NCBI GenBank assembly: GCA_033442325.1
Contig: JAWQFM010000021.1
Coordinates: forward strand, 1,083,692-1,147,691
Length of the DNA: 64,000 nucleotides
Origin: Salpingoeca rosetta
Taxonomy: Eukaryota; Protista; Choanoflagellata
Direction: 5' to 3'
Of the stretch, positions 19,001-31,484 are shown in pieces (position 1 is the stretch's first letter; each line of letters opens with the position of its first letter). Both the position numbers and the translations under genes were made by a program. The notes under the pieces are model-generated. The model saw only the letters and a list, made by a program, of their open reading frames with translations. It was not told the origin of the DNA and ran no database searches.

Positions 19001-22000
19001 ACAAAGTTCTCGTCCGGGATGAAGCGGTCGCGAATCTCCTTCATCACCTTGGGCGAGATGTTGTCCTTGTCGTAGTCCTTGAGCGACTGCAGGAACTTCA
19101 TGTCGCCGAGCAGGCGCAGCGAGGGCCCCCAGTAGTCGGTGATCTTCTTCCCGCTGCCGCTCGGGTCCGGCACGCGGTCGGGCTTCTCCCCCTTGAGGAT
19201 GCACACGGCCTCCATGACCAGCCGCACAATGTCTGGCGGGCGCTTCATGGCCTTCACCTCGCCAATGTCGCTGGGCTTGAGCGTGTCCAGCGCAGCGAGG
19301 GCGCCGTTGAGGATGGGGATGGCCTCAGCCAGGTCGGCGTCGCACTCGTCCTTGATGGCCTTGGCCGCCTGCGCCTGCTCGTTGGCCACGGCCTCGTCCG
19401 CGGCCACAATCTTCTGCTGCTCAGCCACGTCCTTGGACGACGCCTCAATTTCCACCATGGCCGCGTCCGTCTCCTTCTGCGCCGCCTGCAGCTGCGGCTG
19501 CAGCGCCACCAGCTCCTCCTTCATGCCGTCGACCTGCGACGCCGCGGAGCGCAGCTTCTCCAGGCCCACCTCGTACCGCCGCTTCTGCTTGGACACGGCC
19601 TGCCGCCGGTTGTCCAGCATCACCTTGTACGTGTTGATGAGCTCGAGGTACGACGTGGGCGTGACGTAGTTGTGGCGGCGCAGCTGCGCCAGCATGCGCT
19701 CGGACAGCGCGCGCGTGCTCTCGTGGAACTCCTGGCACAGCTGCACGCAGTGGTGCCGCAGGTCCTCGCCCATCTCCACGTCCTCCAGGAAGCGCTGCGC
19801 CACAATCTGCAGGGCGTCCGCGGGCCAGGCCTGGAACCAGTTGATGGTGCAGCAGTTGACCAGCGAGGGGAACTGCCGCAGGTTGTTGCGGAAGGCGTCG
19901 CCAATGGGGCTCATGGCCAGCACAATGTGCAGGTAGTCGCGCACGCGCGAGATGAACAGGTTGTAGAGGGCCAGCGGCGTGCCGTCCGTCTTCATGTGCT
20001 TCGGGCGCGACTTGTCCACGGTGCGCATCTTCTCGATAATCTCCGTTTTCTCGTCCAGCGGGAAGATGTTGGGCACCTCGCCCGAGTTGAGCAGGTTGGA
20101 GATGTCCTCCAGGAAGGCCGCCTCCTTGATCTGCATGTCCGTGAAGAGGAACACCGTGTGCTCGCCCTTCTCGCCGGCCGTGCGCATGATGCGCTTGACG
20201 TCCTCGCGCCAGTCCTCCATGTTGTAGCTCTTGCTGATCTCAATCTGGATCACCTCAAAGTCGTTGATGTACGCGGCGAGGCGCGTGAGGGACTGCCGCC
20301 CGCTGCCGCCCACGCCGACCAGCAGGCCGTGCGACCGCGGCTGCCGCACGATGCGCGCGATGCGGGTGATGTGCTCAATGGCGAAGCGGAAGAGGACGAG
20401 GTCCATGCGCTTCTTGCTGATGTTGTTGTACTCGTCCAGGAAGCCCTCGCAGACGCCGCGCAGCGTCTCCACGTCCTGCACCATCATGTAGTCCTTGGCC
20501 TCCGCCTTGGGGTTCTCAAAGTCGCAGAACATGAGGGAGCGCAGGTCGTCGTCGGTGACCTCGCCGTCGCCGTCAAAGTCGAGGTGCGACATGAGCGTGT
20601 TGAAGGGCGTGCCCAGGTGCTCCTCGCACGTCTGCTTCACGTACCCAAACAGCCAGGCGCGGTCCTCGTCAAAGACCAGGCGGTCGTAGAAGACGCGGTA
20701 CACCTCGTGCACCCACAGCCGCTGCATGTCCGTCACCTCCGGCAGCGACGCCGGGCCGGACATCATCACGCCCGCAATCACGCGCCCAAAGTCGCGCAGG
20801 TTGAAGAGGTAGTGGGACTTGGCCGGCGTGGGCAGGAGGCTCTTGATGGCCGCCTTGTACACCTCGGCCGTGGCGCGCACGATCTTGTGCGCCACGTCGG
20901 AGAAGCCCGCCTCAAACCCGCGCGCGTCAATGTGCCACTCCATGATGCGGCGGAAGATCTGCTGGTTGGTCTCGTCGTCAAACTCGTTGATGGTGATGCA
21001 GTGGAGGTGGCGCATGAACCGCTGCGTGACCGTGTTGCGGCCGCCGCCCGGCGGGCCCATGGCGCAGATGAGCTGGATGTCGACCAGGCCAATGTTGGAG
21101 CAGTCCTGCAGGTCGTACCAGTTCCAGTGGTCCAGCCACTGCCGCAGCAGCTCAATCGGCGGCTGCGCGCCGTACTCCTCCTTGGCCGGCATGTTGAGGT
21201 CGTCCACAAACACGACCACGCGCTGGCCCATGGGCGGGCCAAACACGCCCTTGCGCCGCTTGTCGAGCTTGCCCAGCACAATCTCCTGCGTCTGCTGCGC
21301 GGACGTCTGCGCGGAGAAGTTGACCACCAAGGGCTTGAACGTGTCCTTGGGCAGCTGGTGCTGCAGGAAGCCGTTGATGTACACGGACTTGCCCGTGCCC
21401 GTGGGGCCGACGAAGACGGCCAGCTTCTGGTGGCGCACGAGCAGGTCCATGAGGTACTGGTAGCGCGCCGTGTCGATGGTGGGTACGGTGATGGTGTTGA
21501 ACGACGCGTCCTTGGGGAAGGGCGAGGTGTCCACGCGCGAGCTCCAGTGCACCCACTCGCCGGTGGTGCCCTCCTTGTGGAAGAAGTAGTTGTACACGAG
21601 CCCTTCCTCCGGGATGGTGGCGGCGAGCGGCTCGTCGGGCGGGCCGCACTTGGTGAGGATGTTGTACTCCGCCATAATTTGGGCGTCCAGGCCCGTGGTC
21701 ATGAGGCGGCGCATGAGCACGTCAAACTTCTGCCGCCCGTCCGTGTTGGTGCTGCCGCCGAGCGACCACATAAACGCAAAGAAGAAGATGCCGTCGAGCC
21801 AGTTGCACACCTGCGCCTCGGACAGCTGCTCAAAGGCCTTGGGGTCCCGGAACTCGTCCATGAGCGCGTCGCACATGTGCATGCACGAGCGCACGAGGTT
21901 GATGTCGCCGGCGTAGGAGAGGTGGCGGTAGCCCGCGTGCGCCACAAACTCGAGCGTGGGCGGGACGACACGGTGGAAGTGCTTGGACAGGCGCTCGTGG

Positions 22001-23385
22001 TGGCTCTCGCTGAGCGTGTCCGGCAGGGTGGCCAGCCAGGACGTGAGCAGGGGCTCCCAGCCAAGGTTCTGCGGCTCCATGTAGATCATGCCGCAGCGGG
22101 ACACGGTGGCGGGGGAGGCGACCTCCAGGTCCATGGGCTCGAAGATGAGGTTGGTGGTGTCGGCGAGCTGGATAATCTCGCCAGACATGAGGCAGAGCTT
22201 CTTGTTGTCGTCGAGGACGGTGTTCATGTTCTCGATCCAGATGGCGTCGACGGGCCCGTCGAAGATGAGCCACTTGCGGTCGGGCGTGGTGGACGTGGCA
22301 AAGTGGCGGTAGCTCACGGCGAGCACGCCGTCAGACCACTCGTGCGACACGGGGTCGAAGCTGCCGTAGAGCTGGCCCATGGTGATGGCCTTTGGGTTGA
22401 TGACGGTGATCTCCACGGCGTTCTCCTCCATGAGTTTCTGCTCGTGCAGGTCGTGCAGGGCGCCGGCCAGCACGCGGTACGCCTCCGTCTTTCCGCCAAA
22501 CCCTTCGCCCACGATCATAAAGCCGTGGCGCACAATCATCATCTCGTAGATCTGCAGAATCTTCTCGATAAAGGCCGGGTGCGGCTGCAGGTTGCGCTTG
22601 GCGCAGTTCTCGTGGATGGCCTTGAGCATGACCTCGTAGTCCGGCTCCGGCAGCTTGATGCCCGGGAAGAGGTCGGAGATGATGCCGCGGAAGAGCGGGA
22701 GATCGTGCGACAGGAACTTGGGCAGGTTGACGTCCGTGATGGAGCGCAGCATGAGAATGTCCTCGCTCTGCTCCGGGTACTTGAGCTTGAGGTTGCCTGC
22801 GGCGGTGAGCACAGACTTGACGGCGCGCATGCCGTAATCGTAGTGGTACTGCGACGACAGCTGCTCCGAGCACAGGCGGTACGTGGCCACAATCTTCACG
22901 GAGAGCGAGCGTGCGTTGCGGAAGCCAACAGAGTACAGCACAATCTCAGCAATGAGGGCGTAGTCTGGCACCATCATGGCCACGGTGCGGAAGAGCGCCT
23001 TGAGGTTGTCTGGCAGCTCGGAGCGTCCGGCGTAACCGGGATTCATGGTGATGAACACGGAGCTCGTGGGGATGAGCCGGATCTCCGTGCCCTCAAACAC
23101 AATCTTGTCCATGCCCGCGTTGATGCCACGCTGGATTGTGAGGATCTGCTGTGCAACGACGGAGAGCACCTCCAGGTCGATGCGGTTGAACTCGTCGAAG
23201 CACGACCAGGCGCCAGAGGACGCAAGGCCCTTGAAGAACTTGCCCAGTGCCTTGTAGTCAAGACCATCCGAGCCTATGGGGGGGGGGGGGGTGGAAGGAG
23301 AAGGGAAGAGATGGAAGGAGGAGGAAGGAGGCAGGAGGAGGTAAGTCAGCATGATGGCTCAGGCCCTTTGTTGTTGTGCTGGTTT

Positions 23386-23454
<69 letters not shown>

Positions 23455-23754
23455 AGGTGTGTGTATGCAAAGAAAGCAACTTACACTACAAGCGTGGGCG
23501 GATGTCGTCAGAGGTGGCGGGATACGTCACACGGGGCCAACGCGGGAAGGAGTAAGCGAAACATGGCAGGTGTGGCAGCAGACGGGCAAGCAAGTGCGAC
23601 CGGTGAGCGAACGCCAGCTGATATACATGCAAAGTGGTGGCAGGACCAACCCAGGAAACACGCACAATTGAAATGCAAGGCACAAGGGCTTACGCTGTTG
23701 TTGTTTAAGTTGTTGTTGTTGTTTAAGTTGTTGTTGTTGTTGTTGTTGTTTAAG

Positions 23755-23795
<41 letters not shown>

Positions 23796-26700
23796 GAAGG
23801 AAGACAAAGCCATGGAGAAGATTATGGTGAGTAGGAGCGTAATAAGTTGATTTCAGGAGCAGGAGGATGGAGGGTGAGAGTTCGCAACAGCATCAGCGAC
23901 ACCAAGCACAAGCACAAGCACAAGCACAAGCACAAGCACAAGCACAAGCACAAGCACAAACAACAACAACAACAACAACAACTTAAACAACAATAACAAC
24001 TTAAACAGCAACTTAAACAACAACAACAACTTAAACAACAACAACAAAAGGAGCCCCTACCCCACGAATCAAGGATGAAACAACGAGTGACTCACTTGAA
24101 GACGACGCACTGGACGGCGACGGCTTTTGCGAGATCCTTGACAGTCTCGGTCTTGCCGGTACCGGCGGGGCCTTCGGGCGCACCACCGAGATGGAGCTCC
24201 AGCGCACCAAAGAGGGTGCGGTAGCAGCGATCTGTGAGCGGCGTGACGACGAGGCGGCCGGTGTTGCCCAGGTACTCGTAGCCGTAGTTGAGGGTGGAGT
24301 TGATCATGCGGGTGACCACTTGCTCCTCCTCAAAGTAGTAGCGCAGCTGGCACAGCCAGGCAAACTCGTCGTCGCGCTGGATGCCGTCCTTGATCAGGCC
24401 CGTGAGCACGTCGCGCGAGTGCACGTCAAGCACGATGAGGGCGCTGAGCGTGGTGCGGATGTTCTTGCTGAGCTTGCCGCGCACCAGCTCCACGACGTCG
24501 TTGATGTCCTCGTTGCAGCTGTTGAGGTACTTTGTGAGGGCGTCAGGCCCGCCGCGGATGGCCTCGTGCACGCTTGTGGTCCAGTACTTTTGCGTAACGG
24601 CGAGGACGACCTGGCCCGGCCAGGACTGGATCCAGTCCGTGCGCTTGGTGTTGGGGTAGGAGGCAATGCCCTCGACCATAATCTTGCGAATGGACGAGCG
24701 CATGATGGACTCGAGCTGCAGCAGCCACTTCTCGACCTGGCCGCGCGCCTCCGCCGTGGAGATGACCGTGTCCAGCTCCACCTCCTCGTTCTCGCTCGAG
24801 CGCATGTGGGTGATGTCCAGGTCCTCTGTGAAGGTGAGCTTGGCAATGCCCTCGAAGCACTTCTTCAGGTGCGGCTGCACGCGCGTCGGGTCCTTGGTCT
24901 CGGACAAGATCTCCAGCATCTCGTCGTTGGAGAGGAAGAAGAAGCGGGAGAAGTAGAGGCGCTTCTGTTCGAGGTAGCGGTTGAGGCCCTTGAGGATCAG
25001 CTCCAGCAGGTCGTTGGCCTTGGTCAGCTTCTCAAGCATCTTGTCCAGCTCAATCACCACCAGAACGTGCTTGTCCTTGATGGCCTGCTTCATGAGGTCG
25101 CGCCAGGTGCCGTCCACGACCTTGAAGCGGCGGCCTTCCTCCGGCATCTGCGCCATAATGTCTGGGGAGCTGAAGATGGGCTCGAGGTAGAGCCACGTAG
25201 CCTGGACCTTGAGCCAGGCGTCGAGGATGTCCTGCAGCTTGATGAGCGTGGCGTTCCACTCGCGCATCTCCTCCTCAAACGGCTTGACAAAAGGCGAGCC
25301 GAGCATGGTCTGCGTCTTGACAATCTGGTCGTCAAGCAGCAGCTGGATCTCGTCCACGGAGGAGAGGATGGTGGTGCCGGTGTCGCGGTACTCGACCATG
25401 CCAAACTCCATGTCGCTCCACTCCTCCTTCATCTTGCGCAGCGCCTTCTCCAGGGAGAACTCCTTGGTGGCCGCCTCGGAGATGCCCTCAAACTGCTCCA
25501 GGTGCGGCTCCAGGTTCATCTCCAGCAGCTTGGACAGCGTCGTGTCCTCGTCCGGCATGAGGTCAAAGCCGACAATCTCGCTGATCTGGTCCCAGTGGCG
25601 GTCGCGCAGGCCCGGGTTACACAGGGCCTGGATGAGCGGCATGTGGTCCTTGAACTCGTCGACGGACGTCTTGACGTTGGCGGCGATGCTGCGCGGCGCC
25701 TCCTTCTCGGAGAAGGTCTTCTCCAGCTTGTACAGGTTGCGCCAGGTCGTGCCCACGGTGTTCTCCACCTCCTCCGGGTCAATGGCAGAGAAGTCACCCT
25801 CCATCCACTGCTCCAGCTGCTCGTTGAAGCCCACAACCGCCTGGTACAGGGTGAGGAACGGCGCGAGCTTGCTGGCGGCCTTGTGGCGCAGCGGGTACTG
25901 CGTGTTCTCCCAGTCAAAGGCCTCCTCCTCCTTGTTGATGGCCTCGATGCGGTCCACGGCGTCCTCGAGCTGGGCGTTGAGCGCCTCCGCCTGCTCCTTG
26001 TACTGCGCAACGGCGTCCAGGTCGCCCAGGGACTCAAACGCATCCAGCTGCTCAAAGTACTCGTCGAGGTCTGCGTTGAGCTGCTCCCTGCGCTGCAGCA
26101 GGGCCGCCTCTGCCTTCTCACGCGATGAGCGGATCAGCGCCTTGTGGTCGTCGATGATCGGCTGCATGCGCGTCGTCCACTGCAGCGTCCGTCCCATCAG
26201 CACAATCTCCTCCCTGCAGGTGTGGTAGTGTGAGATTGTTGGTTTTGGGGCCGGGGGGAAGGGGCGACGGTAAGAGAGGGGGATGCACATATAAGTCAAC
26301 AAGCAAACCGATCAGCAATGGCAAAACGAAGAGATAGAGACAGCCACAGGCACTGAGACGGACTGAGACGGACTGAGACGGACTGAGACAGCAACACAGA
26401 GATTGAGAGAGTTCGAGAGAGACAAGGAGCCGGTGCTGAGCCAACAGTTGATGAATCAACCGACTAAAGGCGGGGACATACATGTCGATGGACGCGTGAT
26501 CGATGAGGTAGTCCATCTTCTTTCTGGAGTCTGCCACGGCGAGCTCAAGCTTTGGCAGGCGCTCCATCTCAACCTTCTCCATAAACTCGCGCAGCTGCAT
26601 GAGCTCATCGGTGTTCTCGGGCACCTTGGCCGCCTTCTCTGCAATCTCAGAAAACTGCTCGCACAGCTCTTGGTTCGCGACCTGGTGGAGTGAACAAGGG

Positions 26701-27043
26701 CATGGGCGCACGGGTGTTGAGAGAAACAGAAAGCATGATGAGCGGTGCATATGGCGGTGGGCAGCGGCGCTGCGAGGGCGGCGACAGTGTGTCAAACAGA
26801 GACAGCACATGCACAAAAGCGTCTTGATGCGAAAAAAGAAAGGCACAATGGAAGAAACAGACAAAAAAAGAGAGAGAAACAAAGAGGGAACCAAAGAAGG
26901 GGGGGCTTGGCGCGCGCACATATCACGTGGCAAATGAAGGGAACACACGCACACCAACACACAAACGCACACACACGCACACCAACACACACACTCACGC
27001 GCGCACACACACACACACACGCACGCACACACACACACACACG

Positions 27044-27100
<57 letters not shown>

Positions 27101-29224
27101 ACACGACGCGGCAACGCGATGCCTCACCTCTGTCTCCTTTGCAATCTTCTGGAAGATTGTGTCGACGAGGCGGGTGGCGCGGGAGGTGAGCTCGATGTTC
27201 GCCGGCTCTGCGCGCACCTCGAAGATCTCAATCATCTTGACGCGCGGGAGAATGTACTGCGTCTCCTCGGCCAGCTTGCGGTAGCGTGCGGCCTCCTTGA
27301 TGCGCGCCTCAAAGGACGTGTTGGCGGCGAAGAATTCCTGCAGATCGTCCTCCGCCTGCATGGTGATGAGGCGCTCGTACGGCGCGTACGTCTCCAGGTA
27401 GCGCTGTGGGGCGCTGGCGTGGTGCTCAAAGTGCTCCTCCACGCGCTGCCGCAACGCCGCAATGAACGACTGGTCAAGGTTGGCGTGCAGGTAGCGCTCC
27501 TTGCCGAGCGGCCTGTCCTCGTTCATCGTGTACTCCACGCGGGGCAGGCCGGAGACGCTCTGCACAATCTTGTCCATGGCGCGAAGGACCACCGCGGCCG
27601 CCGCCTGCGCACCGGGTACGTACGACAGCTGCGTGTCTGTGAGGGAGAGCTTGAGCACGTAGCCCGGGAAGCGGTGTGTGGCATGCGGCTGGTTGGTCAG
27701 CAGGTCGACCAGCTCTGTGAGCGAGTTCATGGCCAGCTGGCGCAGCTGCGCGCTCATGAGGGCATACGCGGCCTCGTACAGGGCCTGCATGGAGTGAGCG
27801 CGGAGCATGGCCTTGGCCTTGAGGGCGTCGAGGAGAGCACCCGCCCGCTGGATCCACTCGCGCTGCAGGGAGTGGCGCGCCTCGTCAATCTGCATGGTGA
27901 TGGTCTTGTCGAGGAGGTTGACGTCGAAGGCGGCGCCCTTCTTGCACAGGTCCTCGGCGCGGATGAGCGACTTGACGCCAAGGTCCGCCCACAGCATGAG
28001 CAGGCTGGCCATGCCCGGGCTGCACAGCACCAGGTTGCGCTTCATGTGCTTCCGCGCGGCGTAGAAGCGGTCGGTCCACTCCTTGGGCACGGTGGAGAGC
28101 TCCGGGTGCTTTGCAAACGCGGGCCAGGTGGCGAGGTGGCTGGCGTCGGCGGCCCCCTTGGCGCGCTTTGCATCGGGGCCCGCGCTGGACGATGCCGCGG
28201 AGGACGCGTCGCCCTGGCCGCTGGAGGAGGAGTCGTGCAGCACAAAGTCGACAATGGACTTCTTCACGCCAAGCACGTAGTCGTCGCGGATCTCCTCTGC
28301 GAGCGAGTCGACGAGGCCCGCGCAGCGCTGCTTGAGGGACGCGTCCAGCAGCGCCTTGATGTTGTTGAGCCACGAGTCCTCCATCGGCGTCACGTGCTCT
28401 GTGTCAATGCCGTTGTTGATGTAGTAGTAGTAGCGCATGAGCTCCTTCTCCGCGTCGCTGGCGTCGGTGGGCTCGCCGTCATCATCAAGGCCAGGGGTGG
28501 CGGCGTCGCCAGACGACTTGCGCTGCGATGCTGCGACGAGCGGGTCTGCAGGCTGGGGCGGGCTCGGCAGGCGGCCGCGTGGGTCCGTGGCAGGATCCAG
28601 TGGGGGCAGCTCGCCCCCGCGTCCACGCGTGCGTTGCTGAGAGTCGGCCTGCATGATGATGGACACCAAAGATGCGCGAAACTGGTCGCGGTCCTTGAGG
28701 GCGCGCGACACGGCTTGCCGTGTGCTGGGCGCTGGTGCCACGGGCTGCCGCTTGCGCGTGTTGTGTGGGCGGGTGCGTGTGAGCGTCATTGTGCCGACGT
28801 CCGACGCGTCGGCAGCGCGTCGCTGCTGCTGCTGCTGCTGCTGGCCGTGTTGTGCATGCTGTGGGGAGTGCAACAGCGAGGTGCCCCCTGGCACGGCCTC
28901 GTTGCGCAGGTTCTTGGACGCGGCATCTGTTGGCCAGACGCGCCTCGTTGGTGCTGTGGCTGAGGCCGAGGCTGTGGCTGTGGCGCCAAGGGGCCCCGTT
29001 CTCGCGAGGGAGGCTGTGAGATCGAGGGCTCCGCCCGTGCCCGGTGGTGCGCCTTGCAGGCGCCTGGCTGGGGAGGCAAAGTCTGACGACCCGAGCGTGG
29101 GCAGTTTGAATGCCGTGGACTGGGAAAACATGGGTCGCTTGCGCTGCCCCGACGATGCTGTTGGGTTTGTTGTCAATCCGGATGCTGTGTCTCGCGGATT
29201 CGGGGTCGGCCGTGGATCATCCAT
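14522..29224 (-). CDS. Axonemal inner-arm dynein heavy chain (DNAH7-like). Exons approx. 29224-27128, 26681-26483, 26214-24096, 23694 (1 nt), 23485 (1 nt), 23273-16622, 16364-16223, 15983-14809, 14572-14522
   Basis: P-loops [33 protein letters not shown]; [53 protein letters not shown]; C-terminal [15 protein letters not shown]-stop. Confidence 0.96.
23485..23485 (-). other. Predicted 1-nt microexon (T) of the dynein heavy chain
   Basis: Minus strand reads cttgtAG|T|GTAAGT with a CTGAC branch-like motif about 20 nt upstream. It supplies the first base of the TGC (Cys) codon. Confidence 0.8.
23694..23694 (-). other. Predicted 1-nt microexon (C) of the dynein heavy chain
   Basis: Minus strand reads caacAG|C|GTAAGC. 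It supplies the third base of the AAC (Asn) codon in FNCSDG. Confidence 0.8.
23696..24047. repeat. Intronic inverted repeat: (GTT)n arm 23696-23797 and (CAA)n arm ~23960-24047, both interrupted by TTAA, with (AGCACA)n in the loop
   Basis: ACTTAAACAACAACAACAACTTAAACAACAACA in one arm is the exact reverse complement of sequence in the other arm. Confidence 0.85.
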
Positions 29225-30141
29225 GGTGCCGGCTTCCCCTGTTGAAAGTGCGACGTTGCGGTGATAGAGGTGAGGGGGAGGGCGAGGGAGGGCCGAGGGT
29301 TGAGTGTGATGTTGTGGTGTGATGTTGCGTTGTGGTGGTGGTGGTGGTGGTGGTGGTGGTGGTGTGTGTGTGTGTGTGTGTGTCTGTCTGTGTGTCTGTC
29401 TGTGTGTCTGTGTGTCTGTGTGTCTGTGTGTCTGTGTGTCTGTGTGTGTGTGTGTCTGTGTGTCTGTGTGTGTCTGTGTGTGTGTGTGTCTGTGTCTGTG
29501 TGTGTCTCTGTGTCTGTGCGTGTGTCTGTGTCTGTGCGTGTGTGTGTCTGTGTCTGTGTGTGTGTGTGTTGCGCTGTGGTGGTGTGGTTGTGGTGTGGTT
29601 ATATGTGTGGGAAGCGGTACTTGTCACACAGCACACGGCAGCACAGCGGCCTGGCAGCTCAAACGAAAGGGTGTACATGACAAGCATGGCACTTGATCAC
29701 TTCAGTCGCACCTGCTGTGTTGTTGTTGTTGCTCTTGTGTGAAGAGCGCAGTCACCGTTGTGTTGCTCCACACAAACACACACACAGCAACACGATAAGA
29801 AGACGACGACGGTGATCAGCCTGCGTGTGTGTGCGTGTGTGAGTAAGTGAGAGGGTGTTGGGGGCGGGGTGGAGGTGTCGTTGCGGTCTCTGCAAGCGAG
29901 ACACGATCCGCGCTGCTCAACGCTGCTGCTCAACGCTGCACACTGCCTCCCTCACCAGAGGATTGTTGTTGGTTTGGTTGGTTGTCTTGGTTGGTTGCTG
30001 GGGCTGGCTTGTCGTTTGGTTTGTGCGGGCATCTATGTTTGGTGAAGCAAACCCTTGTGGCTAATGCGCAATTTTCTGCCCAGTCTTACGATCCACCACA
30101 CAGCCTTGGCAACGGCGACTGATTTCAGTTTTGTGTGTGTA

Positions 30142-30197
<56 letters not shown>

Positions 30198-30633
30198 CTG
30201 TTTTGTGTGGATGTGTGGTTGTGTGTGTGTGTGTGTGTGTCCAAAACGAATGAGCACCACCACGACCAAACACACACACACACCCTCTCTCTCTCATCAC
30301 TCCCTACCATCCCTTTTTCCGCACTCAGACATGGTTTTGAGAAAGGTTCAAGGACGTGAGTGGACACAGGTGACACGGAGCGAAAAAGGAACAAACACAC
30401 ACGTGCGCGCAAGCACGCACGCACGAACACACGATCACACGAACACACGAAGCGAAGAGTCTCGAGGAGCATGAAGAATGTGGCATGAGCCAATGACGTT
30501 GGATGCAGCCCAAAAGGAGGGACACGCACGCATCTCGCGCGCACACGCACGCACACAGGTCACAAAAAGCGAATGCTGTCACGCTTGGTGGCCGGGCACA
30601 ACTGCACGAGCGGACGCGTCAAGAAGGGCAGGT

Positions 30634-31403
30634 TCACTGGGGCGGCTGTTGTTGTTGCTGGTAGTAAGCAGAGTAGTCCTACACGCAGAAATACAGAAAG
30701 AGAGAGCGGGTGAGAGGAGGTGGTGGGGGGGCATACGTGAGCAGCATGTCCACAAAATACGTGAGCAGCATGTCCACAAATGGAAGGGATTGCAGCAAAC
30801 AACGAGCCACATGCGATGGGCCAAGACAAAACATAACGATGAAACGGAAAGCAAACCAGATATGACAACAAAACATGCATGCATGCAGACTTACGTAGGC
30901 CTGCTGCTGTGGATACTGGCCGTAGCCCTGCTGGCCGTAGCCTTGCTGTTGTGGGGCCTGCTGGGCCTGGGGCTGCTGGCCCTGCTGGCCCGGCTGGCCC
31001 TGCTGGCCGTACATGCCGTACTGACCGTAGCCCTGCTGCCCATAGCCCTGCTGGCCGTAGCCCTGCTGCCCATAGCCCTGTTGTCCATAGCCCTGCTGGC
31101 CGTAGCCTTGCTGGGCCTGCTGCATCATCTGCTGCTGGCGCAGCTGGGCGTACATGCTGCCCATGTTGGCGGCTGCGGTGAGGACCTCCGGCGGGCCCTC
31201 GACAAAGTTGCGCGTGTAGTCGCCCGTGAGCTCAGCAATCTTGGTGTTGATGAGGTAGGTGCAGTACGCAATCTGCTGTGGCTGGCCACGGACCACAATC
31301 TCGCGCTTGTTCGTGCCAGGGTTGGGGGCCTGAATATGATGCGGATGAATAAGAGTGAGCAAGGCGGAGTCGGTGTGATCCAAGGGTGGGCAGATCAGTG
31401 TGT

Positions 31404-31484
<81 letters not shown>

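Noticed and set aside
23273-24096. Dynein as a frameshifted pseudogene or two separate genes
   Set aside because: All other exons are intact and the frame is restored exactly by two canonical 1-nt exons. I found no nearby alternative phase-2 acceptor.
16666-28963. Very long + strand ORFs (1778, 678, 645, 612 aa) opposite the dynein
   Set aside because: Antisense shadows produced by strong C/G third-position codon bias. They are co-extensive with the dynein exons and show no motifs.
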